Part shown: piece by piece, positions 47,306 through 55,176 of the stretch
Numbering within the stretch: position 1 is the stretch's first letter
Layout: each line of letters begins with the position of its first letter
Virus record (IMG/VR): IMGVR_UViG_3300009509_000009
Span: 1 to 64,000 of that record
DNA from: a virus
DNA length: 64,000 nucleotides
Strand: one strand, 5' to 3'
Notes under the pieces: generated by a model
What the model saw: the letters and a program-made list of their open reading frames with translations, nothing else
The model's database searches: none
Told to the model about the DNA's origin: nothing
Program-made: the position numbers and the translations under genes

Positions 47306-47797
47306 ATGAGTCTTTTCATCTGCAATACCGTCCGCCGGCAGCATACGCGCCAGAAGCGGATGGCGACCGGCTTCCGTCACCGGTTCAAGCAGATCATCTG
47401 CAACGGGAAGCTCCGACTCGTCCGCAATCGGCCTGTGCCGCTCAGCGAGGAGCTCCTGGAGAAGCACTACGAAGAGTTGCGCGGCCTCCAGGAAGCTGGC
47501 GTGCTCGAGATTCGTGTCGACGGGCACAACGGTCCCGTCTACGACTTTGGTTCACCCCCTCCCAAGGAGACGAAGGATGATGAGCCCAAAGACGCGGAAG
47601 AAGCTCCGGATGCTCCAGAGGAGGAGATGGACGCAGAACCCGAGCTCGAAGCCGAAGACGAGTCAGAAGAGGAAGAAGTAGACATCGATCGGCTCCGCAA
47701 GGCTGAGCTCGTTGAGTATGCGGCCGAGCGGCTTGACGAAGATCCCGCAGAGCTCGAGAAGCTCACCATGGCGGAGATCAAGGAGATGCTGCGATGA
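47306..47797 (+). CDS. Hypothetical protein with C-terminal Rho-N/HeH-like motif
   Basis: GGAGG RBS before MSLFIC; IDRLRKAELVEYAAERL...LTMAEIKEML. Confidence 0.65.
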   Translation: MSLFICNTVRRQHTRQKRMATGFRHRFKQIICNGKLRLVRNRPVPLSEELLEKHYEELRGLQEAGVLEIRVDGHNGPVYDFGSPPPKETKDDEPKDAEEAPDAPEEEMDAEPELEAEDESEEEEVDIDRLRKAELVEYAAERLDEDPAELEKLTMAEIKEMLR

Positions 47798-48156
47798 GGG
47801 TCTTCAACCTTTCAGATGCGACTCCTCCGTACAAGCCTGAGCGGAGAGCGCGCAATCTGAAGATCAAAGGCGTCGTGATCAAGCCAGGAGAATCCGGCGA
47901 CGTTCCCGACACCGTTCCCACTTCGGAATTCTCTGGGCTGATCGTGTCCAACATGGTCAGCGTGGATGTGGTTCCGGATTGGTACGCATTCGCCAAGAAG
48001 CAGGTCGAGCTCAAGAAGGTTGATGTCGAGGAAGAGCTGGTTGTCGAACTCCCTGACTCTGATGAAGAGGAAGCTATGGCTGAGGAAGACGACGAGCTCG
48101 AGCCCGAGCAACTGGAAGGACCGAAGAGGCCGAAGAAGCGGCGTAAGAGGAGCTGA
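47794..48156 (+). CDS. Hypothetical protein, acidic region and basic tail
   Basis: ATGA coupling. Confidence 0.65.
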   Translation: MRVFNLSDATPPYKPERRARNLKIKGVVIKPGESGDVPDTVPTSEFSGLIVSNMVSVDVVPDWYAFAKKQVELKKVDVEEELVVELPDSDEEEAMAEEDDELEPEQLEGPKRPKKRRKRS

Positions 48157-48677
48157 TGACACTGCAGGGCGTAGAGGATATCTCCAGGATCGCTGGTGCC
48201 AGCGACGAGTTCAACCAGTTCGTCGCTGACACTAGGCTATTCCTACGAGACTTTCCTGAGCTCAATCGCTTGGTGGCGGGAGTGGAGTCGTCCGACAGGA
48301 TGATCGCATTCTGTGCCATCGAAGCGATCTCGGACTTCAACTCCACTCCCCCTCACCTCGGCATGTACGGATTCTCCAGTTTCGTGAGCAACGGGTGGAT
48401 CCACATGTTGAGGCTCGGTACTCTTTGCAACCTGCTCACTTCGGTGGGCCTGTTACAGACCCGCAACCACCTTCCGTTCTCAGACGGAGGCCTCAATGTC
48501 TCCGTGTCTGACAAGACCCCTTTGCTGCAGAGCTGGATTCAGCTTATCTGCAACAAGTGGGAACGTCAGGTACAATTGGTAAAGGTGGCCAAGAACATCT
48601 CACAGCTCCTGGATGGTAGCGGCGGCATCGCCAGCGAGCTCTTCGATATCCACGGCTACTACGCCGAGGTTTACTAG
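48156..48677 (+). CDS. Putative head-tail adaptor/neck protein
   Basis: 173-aa helical protein; FSDGGLNVS motif; position after the capsid gene. Confidence 0.55.
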   Translation: MTLQGVEDISRIAGASDEFNQFVADTRLFLRDFPELNRLVAGVESSDRMIAFCAIEAISDFNSTPPHLGMYGFSSFVSNGWIHMLRLGTLCNLLTSVGLLQTRNHLPFSDGGLNVSVSDKTPLLQSWIQLICNKWERQVQLVKVAKNISQLLDGSGGIASELFDIHGYYAEVY

Positions 48678-48685
48678 GAGGGCAT

Positions 48686-49147
48686 ATGGCCTCTTGGGAA
48701 AAGCGTAAGTTCGGATCCTCGCAGGAGCTCGAGGAGTATCTCAATGGCGCCCTCATCAGCAGCCTCAATCTGCACGATGGCGCGTTCATGGACGGTCAGA
48801 CGTTCGTGTTTGAGGTAGACGGTGGTGGCGACACCACGGTCAACTTCCCTGCCAAGAGCAGGAAGTGGACTCTCCAGGAGATCATCGACCAGATCAACGC
48901 CTCTGAAGCCGGTCTTGCTCATATCAGGACTGAAGTAAGACCGGGCTCCAACAAACCGATCCGGAAGCTCAAGCTGCAGAAGGACCTGACTTCGTTCGTG
49001 GTCAAGAACACAGGTACTGCCAACGATGAACTTGGATTCCCCACCGGCTCCAACACACCAGCAGTGTATGTCGCTCCGGCTGATCTCGAGTTCATCAAGC
49101 AGGTCCCCGGAGAACAGGACAGCTGGATCGTCTGGAGGTACGCATAA
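48686..49147 (+). CDS. Putative structural protein
   Basis: GGAGG RBS; beta-rich with IIDQINA motif like sheath-associated domains. Confidence 0.55.
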   Translation: MASWEKRKFGSSQELEEYLNGALISSLNLHDGAFMDGQTFVFEVDGGGDTTVNFPAKSRKWTLQEIIDQINASEAGLAHIRTEVRPGSNKPIRKLKLQKDLTSFVVKNTGTANDELGFPTGSNTPAVYVAPADLEFIKQVPGEQDSWIVWRYA

Positions 49148-51636
49148 TGTCAGTCTTCGACAAGCTCGTTGAGGAGCGGTATGAGATTCCGTTCAGCACG
49201 CGAGCGGCATACTTCAATGCGATCATGCAGCCCTTCGGAGTTCCTCCAGAACCCGTGTTCACCAAAGAGGCTCAAGCGGGCATGTTGAAGATCGCTCTGG
49301 TCCTCAACAAAGCCAAGGACGAAGCCGAAGCTATCCAGGCCATGCAGAGAGAGGCCCTGAAGGACCCCAACGTTCAGCAGGCTATGGACTATCAGCAGGC
49401 TTTGGCCGAGCGCGAAGATGCCATGGCTCAGCTCGAGCAGATGAACCAACAGGTCATCGAGGCTGAGACGAGAGCTCAAGAGGCAGAGCAGCGAGCCATG
49501 CAGGCTGAGCAGGGGGCAGAAGAGACCGGCATGCAGGCTCAAGAACTTCAAGCTCAGCTCGAGCAGGAGCAGCAGGGCAGGCAAGAGGCCACTGCGATGG
49601 CCGTGCAGGCTCGTGATCAGAGTCTGCAGGAGCAGATCTCACTTCAGGAGCAGAAACAGACCATCGCGCAGCAGGCTGAAGCATTCCAGCAGCAAGCCAA
49701 TATGCTCAGCCAACAGCTTCGTCAAACAGCGGCTATGCCGACAGCACCGGCAGCTCCTCCCCCTGGTGGGGCTCCTGGTGCGGAGGAGATGCCTCCACCA
49801 GCCACTGCGGATGCTGCTCAAGAACAGCAGGAAGCTGCAAATGCGGAGCAGGAAGCCGCCGTCCAAGGTGAGCAAGCTCAGCAGGCTACTGCTGAAGATC
49901 AGGCGAAGCAAGAGCAGATGGCTGCCCAGGGTGGCGGTCCAAGCCCCGAAGAGGAGGCAGCGGCCCAAGAGGAGCAGGCTGCTGCTCAAGAGCAGGCCAT
50001 GGCGCAGGAACAGCAGATGGCCGAACAACAGGCCATGGCTGAACAGGCCATGCAGTCGGCAGCAATGCCTAAGCAAGGGATGGCTCTCTTCTTCCAGAAA
50101 GCGGCGATGTTGAAGAGGGCCCAAGGAGAAGATGTGGTTCCGCCGGCTCCGCCGGTTGCTTCAGCCCCCGCTCAAGAGAGTCCTCTAGAAGACGAGGACG
50201 ATGAGGAGGAATACGACGAGGTAGGAGAACTCCTGGATGAGATCGTCGACATCAGAGAAAGACTCATCCAGCTTGGTCTCACTCCAGAGGAGATCTCTGA
50301 GTACATAGACCTTGTTGATCAAGGGGATGAAGAAGCTGCCGATGAAGGACTCCAAGAGGCTATGCAGTCTGAGGGTCCTGTGAAAGCAGCGGCAGCCAGG
50401 ATCAGTCTCACGAGACTATTCCATCTCAACAAGACTGCGTCAGCTGCTATGTCCCCCCAAACTCGAGGAGCTATCATCGGCGCGGCCATCGGCGCCCTCG
50501 GTGGCGTAGCCTCTGGTCTCGTCCCTGGTGCTCTGGCTGGAAAGAGCGACTCTCCTGGAGCTCCTACAGGCGGTGCTCTTCGTGGAGGAGCCTCCGGAGC
50601 CATGGCTGGCGCCGTGAGCGGAGCCACGGGTGGAGCTCTCCTTGGACATGCTCTCGGGAGCGGGGAAGTTGGGAAGCAGATGGGCAAGGCCATTGGCGGT
50701 GGCGCTCTGGTTCTTGGTGCTCCGATCGCCGGGGCTCTCAGTGGTCTTCGCAGCGCAAGATCACAGGACTACCGAGTCAAGCAGGCCGCCATGGAGAAGG
50801 CCGCCGCCAATTTCGGGCTCGGCCCGAAGTCACTCAACCTGGCCAAGCCCGGCACCAGAGTGCAAGCCCGCATGACCAACGCTCGCAATGTTGGTAAGCC
50901 CACCGGCAAGCCGGGGAACATCGGCCAGCTCACTGAGTCGGCCTTCATGCCGAAGACCGGATCGGAGAAGTGCTCCGAGATGGGGAAGTGCTCTGGCTGT
51001 GGCAAGATGGCCAAGCTCTCTGAGATGGGGAAGTGTGGCATGTGCGGCGCCAAGCACGCAGCGATGAGCAAGAGCGCTGCGGGGGTCATGGTTTCCCCAA
51101 AAGGATCACGCCGCCTCACTGAACAAGAGGAGGCGGCACTCCTTATGAATGCAGAGCGACTCCCCAAAGAGATCATCGCTGATGTGAACCGTGGGCTCGC
51201 TGGGACCATGCAGGACATGATGCCAAAGACCGCCGGTGAGGTCACCAACAGGCTGCTTCGGTTGGCCAAGCGCAAGGCTGTTGGTGCGGGAGTTGGTGCA
51301 GTAGCTGGCGGCGGTGTTGGTGCTGCCGAGGTTGCGGGCCACGAGATCAAACATAAAGGCAAGGGCAAGGACGTTCCGTCTGATAAGGAGCTCAAGGTTG
51401 AGGGAAAGCTCCACGCAGCGAAGCTCAAGGCTCAGAGTGATCCGTCCTACGCCAATAAGATCAACGTCGCTCGGCTTCGGCTGAAGCGAGACATAGAGCA
51501 GACCTCGAGGGAGAATCCCAAGGGTCATATTGCTCGACGAGCTGCGGAAGGTGCAATCGTTGGTGCGATTGCCGAAGGACACGCACGCGGCCTTGGAAGA
51601 AAAGGACTTGAGGCTCTGAAAGGGGCTGGGCGTTAG
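49147..51636 (+). CDS. Large KxA-segmented protein (Gln-rich coiled coil, acidic block, glycine zipper, Cys peptide, basic block)
   Basis: Compositionally distinct blocks separated by KEA, KIA, KAA, KRA, KTAS, KQAA, KHAA, KSAA, KTAG. Confidence 0.7.
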   Translation: MSVFDKLVEERYEIPFSTRAAYFNAIMQPFGVPPEPVFTKEAQAGMLKIALVLNKAKDEAEAIQAMQREALKDPNVQQAMDYQQALAEREDAMAQLEQMNQQVIEAETRAQEAEQRAMQAEQGAEETGMQAQELQAQLEQEQQGRQEATAMAVQARDQSLQEQISLQEQKQTIAQQAEAFQQQANMLSQQLRQTAAMPTAPAAPPPGGAPGAEEMPPPATADAAQEQQEAANAEQEAAVQGEQAQQATAEDQAKQEQMAAQGGGPSPEEEAAAQEEQAAAQEQAMAQEQQMAEQQAMAEQAMQSAAMPKQGMALFFQKAAMLKRAQGEDVVPPAPPVASAPAQESPLEDEDDEEEYDEVGELLDEIVDIRERLIQLGLTPEEISEYIDLVDQGDEEAADEGLQEAMQSEGPVKAAAARISLTRLFHLNKTASAAMSPQTRGAIIGAAIGALGGVASGLVPGALAGKSDSPGAPTGGALRGGASGAMAGAVSGATGGALLGHALGSGEVGKQMGKAIGGGALVLGAPIAGALSGLRSARSQDYRVKQAAMEKAAANFGLGPKSLNLAKPGTRVQARMTNARNVGKPTGKPGNIGQLTESAFMPKTGSEKCSEMGKCSGCGKMAKLSEMGKCGMCGAKHAAMSKSAAGVMVSPKGSRRLTEQEEAALLMNAERLPKEIIADVNRGLAGTMQDMMPKTAGEVTNRLLRLAKRKAVGAGVGAVAGGGVGAAEVAGHEIKHKGKGKDVPSDKELKVEGKLHAAKLKAQSDPSYANKINVARLRLKRDIEQTSRENPKGHIARRAAEGAIVGAIAEGHARGLGRKGLEALKGAGR

Positions 51637-51658
51637 GCCAGGAAGATAGGAGATCAAG

Positions 51659-52969
51659 ATGCTCAACCAGTGGCTGAATGATCTGGCGCAGGAGGAACAC
51701 GAGAAGACGGCCTCCGCCCAGTTCGAGGAAGTTCTCAAGGACATGGACATCCCTGAGCTCAGGGCGTTCTTGGACATCGGCAAGGAGAAGACGGCGTTTG
51801 ATCCCCGCCTGGCGCTTGCCTCTGGAGCTCGAGGAGCTCTTGGCGGAGCCGTTGGTGGCGGCCTTCTCGGCGCTGCTGGGGGAGCTCTCGGTGCCGAACA
51901 GGGTCAGCGTGGAGAGGGCGCCATTGCTGGTCTCCGACGCGGGGCGGCCATTGGAGCCATTGGTGGTGGCCTCGCATCTGGCATAGCGGGCGGCGTAGCT
52001 GGTAAGGGTTCCGCCTACGATCCTGCCGCACAGCGTCAGATGCAGGAAGACTTGATCGACGAGCAGCTGAGCCGCATAAACGCGGGAAAGGAACCCATGG
52101 GCATTGGCGAGACCATGCGGAAGATGAGGAGTAGGATCAGCCCTCGAGACATGAAGATCCAACAAGCTGACATGGCCGCTCAACTCGCTTCTCGAGCTGG
52201 TGCTGCTGGCGCTGGATATCACGCTGGTGCTACCCTACCAGATCAAGAGGTAGCCAAAGAAGCATCGGCCATGTTCGCTGCCGCTGATGCCGCCGGACGG
52301 TCACTGGCCCACTCTATCGCCAAAGAGGCCAAGGTGGATCCAGAGGTGCAGGCAGCTGCGATCAGAGGCGGAGCTATCGGGGGTGGGCTCGAGGGCGCTG
52401 CCCGAGGAATCCTGCACGGCGGGGGTATTCCAGGGGCTGCCATTGGCGGTGGTTTTGGCGCTGGATTCGGAGCGCTTGGTGGCCGTATACATGAGTCTGA
52501 CTTTGCTGAGCGTCACCCGATTGCTGGTCGGTGGGTGGCTCCCGTTCTGGTAGGCGGCCTTGGTGGAACCGCTGGGGCTTACCTCGGAGCAGAGGGAGCC
52601 AGGGCCAAGCAACGAGGAGACCTTGAGGCCGTCGAGCAGGAGGCTGCGGCTGCAGCTCCTGGCGGAGGTATGGCCGGCACCCTCGGAGCAGGCGCTGGAT
52701 CTCTTGCCAGGAAGGCCAGAGAGGCTAAGAGAGAAGCAGAGGCAGCCTACGGCTCGGCCAAGACCGCCTCGTTCCGTGGTGCCATCCAGAAGCTGGCTGC
52801 AGAGGGCAGGCTCCGCACCTTCACTGAGAAGACGGCAGCCATGACTCCGAATGACGTCGCCAAGGTACAGGCTGTCAGCGACGCCATGAAGAAGACAAAG
52901 GGCATGTCCCTTCAGCAGCGCAAGCAGGTCATGAAGGGCGTCGGCAAGGCCATTCCTGGCGGCAAGTAG
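51659..52969 (+). CDS. Glycine-zipper protein, KxA-segmented
   Basis: EKTAS, EKTAF, KEAS, KTAS, KTAA; several GxxxG arrays; FAAADAAGRSLAHS. Confidence 0.7.
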   Translation: MLNQWLNDLAQEEHEKTASAQFEEVLKDMDIPELRAFLDIGKEKTAFDPRLALASGARGALGGAVGGGLLGAAGGALGAEQGQRGEGAIAGLRRGAAIGAIGGGLASGIAGGVAGKGSAYDPAAQRQMQEDLIDEQLSRINAGKEPMGIGETMRKMRSRISPRDMKIQQADMAAQLASRAGAAGAGYHAGATLPDQEVAKEASAMFAAADAAGRSLAHSIAKEAKVDPEVQAAAIRGGAIGGGLEGAARGILHGGGIPGAAIGGGFGAGFGALGGRIHESDFAERHPIAGRWVAPVLVGGLGGTAGAYLGAEGARAKQRGDLEAVEQEAAAAAPGGGMAGTLGAGAGSLARKAREAKREAEAAYGSAKTASFRGAIQKLAAEGRLRTFTEKTAAMTPNDVAKVQAVSDAMKKTKGMSLQQRKQVMKGVGKAIPGGK

Positions 52970-52972
52970 GGA

Positions 52973-53857
52973 TTGATGATCGAAGTCACCAACCTGAAAG
53001 TGTACTCCTTGAGTAAGGATCATCTGGACCTTACTTGGGAGATCGCTGATACCAACCTCGATCCCCACGATTTCACGTTCACGGTCGAGAGGAGTGAGGC
53101 TCAGTATGGCCCGTTTGATCAGATCAGTGAGCCGTTCAGCGACAAGTACAATTTTAGGGACGTGATCGTCAATCTCATGAGTCGGTGGAGGACATACTTC
53201 TACCGCATTCGTGTCACTCGCAAGCTCGACAGCAAAGAAGCGGTGTCGAGCTCGGCTAGCCTTGGAGCTAAGCCGGACTTGATCGCCTGGGAGGTTCGTC
53301 GACAAGAAACCATTCTGTTCCGTGAGCACATCGGGAGGAGATGTTGGACCTTCCCGGCGAAGACTTTTGGCCAGCGCTGTAGATGCTTCGATAAGGTTAC
53401 TGGACAGCGGTTGGTGTCTCAGTGTGAGACCTGTTACGACACCAGCTATGTCGGCGGCTACCTTGATCCTGTTGAGATGTACATCCAATTCGATCCAAGT
53501 CCAAAGCATATCGAGCCTGAGCAGCTTCAGGAAACTGAGCAGCAGAACACTACGGCTCGTACGCTGTACTTTCCAGTGCTGAAACCAAGGGATATAATCG
53601 TTGAGAGTGAGAACCGGAGGTGGAGAATTGAGCGCGTTTCTACCACCCGTAGGATGCAAGCAGTCCTCCACCAAGAGCTAGTTCTCCATGAGATTCCAGG
53701 GACTGACATTGAGTTCAAGATCCCGATCAACATCGACGATCTAAAGAACTTCGAGGCCAGTCCAGAACGCGAGTTCACCAATCCGCAGGACCTCGAGGTC
53801 CACGACGACGCGAACTGGTTGACCCGCACTTTGAGGTCGCACGGGTACGAGGGCTGA
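52973..53857 (+). CDS. Putative neck/head-closure protein with N-terminal FN3-like domain and Cys motif
   Basis: LDLTWEI...FTVERS...YFYRIRV; GQRCRC...CETCYDT; LKPRDIIVE. Confidence 0.6.
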   Translation: MMIEVTNLKVYSLSKDHLDLTWEIADTNLDPHDFTFTVERSEAQYGPFDQISEPFSDKYNFRDVIVNLMSRWRTYFYRIRVTRKLDSKEAVSSSASLGAKPDLIAWEVRRQETILFREHIGRRCWTFPAKTFGQRCRCFDKVTGQRLVSQCETCYDTSYVGGYLDPVEMYIQFDPSPKHIEPEQLQETEQQNTTARTLYFPVLKPRDIIVESENRRWRIERVSTTRRMQAVLHQELVLHEIPGTDIEFKIPINIDDLKNFEASPEREFTNPQDLEVHDDANWLTRTLRSHGYEG

Positions 53858-54330
53858 TGTACTACCTGTTCTCATCGTTCAGCGACGAGCTGATCAAGAT
53901 AGCCCAACAGGAGCCTGGGTTTCCTGATCCTCGTATGGTGGAGATCGCTCAGCGCCAGCAGAGTACCCCAAAGCAGAAGTACCTCAACAAAGAGGTTCTG
54001 AAACAGTTCGGAAAGAACACTCTGGCTATTGGAGCTGGTACTGCCGCTGGTGAGGGCCTGGCCACACTCACGAATATGGGTTTGGAGGCCGGGGCGAAGC
54101 GTCTCGGTCATAAGCTCCACCCCGCAGTACCTCACGTGGTTCGAGGAGTAACCATCCCAGTCATGGGTGCTGGTTCCCTGATGGCCTACAGGGCAATGAG
54201 GCAGAGAGCTGATGAGAAGCTGGAGGAGGCACGTCAGCGCTCCGCAGCTGAGAAGGGTGAGAAGCCCACAGACGTGAGCCTCGAAGACTGGGAGAAGATC
54301 AATCCTGGTTATGGTGGAGGTGCTTTGTGA
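53857..54330 (+). CDS. Small membrane-type protein with FSDELIKIA leader
   Basis: Leader then two Gly/Ala hydrophobic segments. Confidence 0.65.
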   Translation: MYYLFSSFSDELIKIAQQEPGFPDPRMVEIAQRQQSTPKQKYLNKEVLKQFGKNTLAIGAGTAAGEGLATLTNMGLEAGAKRLGHKLHPAVPHVVRGVTIPVMGAGSLMAYRAMRQRADEKLEEARQRSAAEKGEKPTDVSLEDWEKINPGYGGGAL

Positions 54331-55166
54331 CGACTGGTTCCGTCCAGACCTCGAGGTTCAGCTTCGAGAATATGATCAGTTGGGACGAGAATCCACTGTT
54401 TGTGGCGACACGCACCTGCATTGTGTTCCTGCAGTCCCTGTTCTCCTACGCTCCGAAAGGACAATTTCACTGGAGCGAGGATGACGAGCTCTCCGACATC
54501 ATCATCACCGACGATGCTCCCATCAAGCAGGAGGTCGTCGAGAAAAGACCTACGATTGTTACTGTCAGATCGGCAACGGCTTTCGCAGGCATCGGACTGG
54601 ATCAGCTTGCGTACCTCGATCTCAAGACGGGGGCTGAGGCACACACTGATCTGATCTCAGGAAATCTAACCTTCAACTGCATGTCTCGGGTAAAGGTTCA
54701 GGCCGAGTACCTTGGGTGGCAGGTAGCCAGGCACATCTGGTTGTTCAAGCACTACCTAATGAAGCAAGGCTTTCATAAGATCGGTGAACAGATTCAGATG
54801 CTGTCCCCATCTCCACCAAAGGCTCTCATTCAAGGAGATACGGAATCCGAGATTGTCAACGTAGCCATCATTGTTCCATTCCACTTTCAGTGGCAGGACA
54901 TCATCGCTGAAGAGGATCTCACAGTGATGCAGGCTGTGGAGACGAACATGCAGGTGTTCATGAAGGACGTTATCAGGCCCGATACTACCACCCGTCTTCC
55001 CTTACGGGGCACGGCCCCGTATGCTGTAAGAGACGTGTACAAGAGCGGTAAGATACAACCGCCCTCAATCAGGGGGCGTCGCATGGTCCCGGTTCAGTAT
55101 CCGGGCTCCCAGCCATCTGATCCGCCACTGTCGTTCACCGTGAAGACCGGTGAGGTTGGGGAATAG
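54327..55166 (+). CDS. Putative tail terminator/completion protein
   Basis: Immediately upstream of sheath; KRPTIVTVR motif. Confidence 0.5.
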   Translation: MTTGSVQTSRFSFENMISWDENPLFVATRTCIVFLQSLFSYAPKGQFHWSEDDELSDIIITDDAPIKQEVVEKRPTIVTVRSATAFAGIGLDQLAYLDLKTGAEAHTDLISGNLTFNCMSRVKVQAEYLGWQVARHIWLFKHYLMKQGFHKIGEQIQMLSPSPPKALIQGDTESEIVNVAIIVPFHFQWQDIIAEEDLTVMQAVETNMQVFMKDVIRPDTTTRLPLRGTAPYAVRDVYKSGKIQPPSIRGRRMVPVQYPGSQPSDPPLSFTVKTGEVGE

Positions 55167-55176
55167 GAGAGGACCA

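Noticed and set aside
19744-52969. Gly-rich ORFs as classical bacteriocin precursors with double-glycine leaders
   Set aside because: No GG cleavage consensus, ABC exporter or immunity genes; the leaders end in KxA and the context is head assembly.
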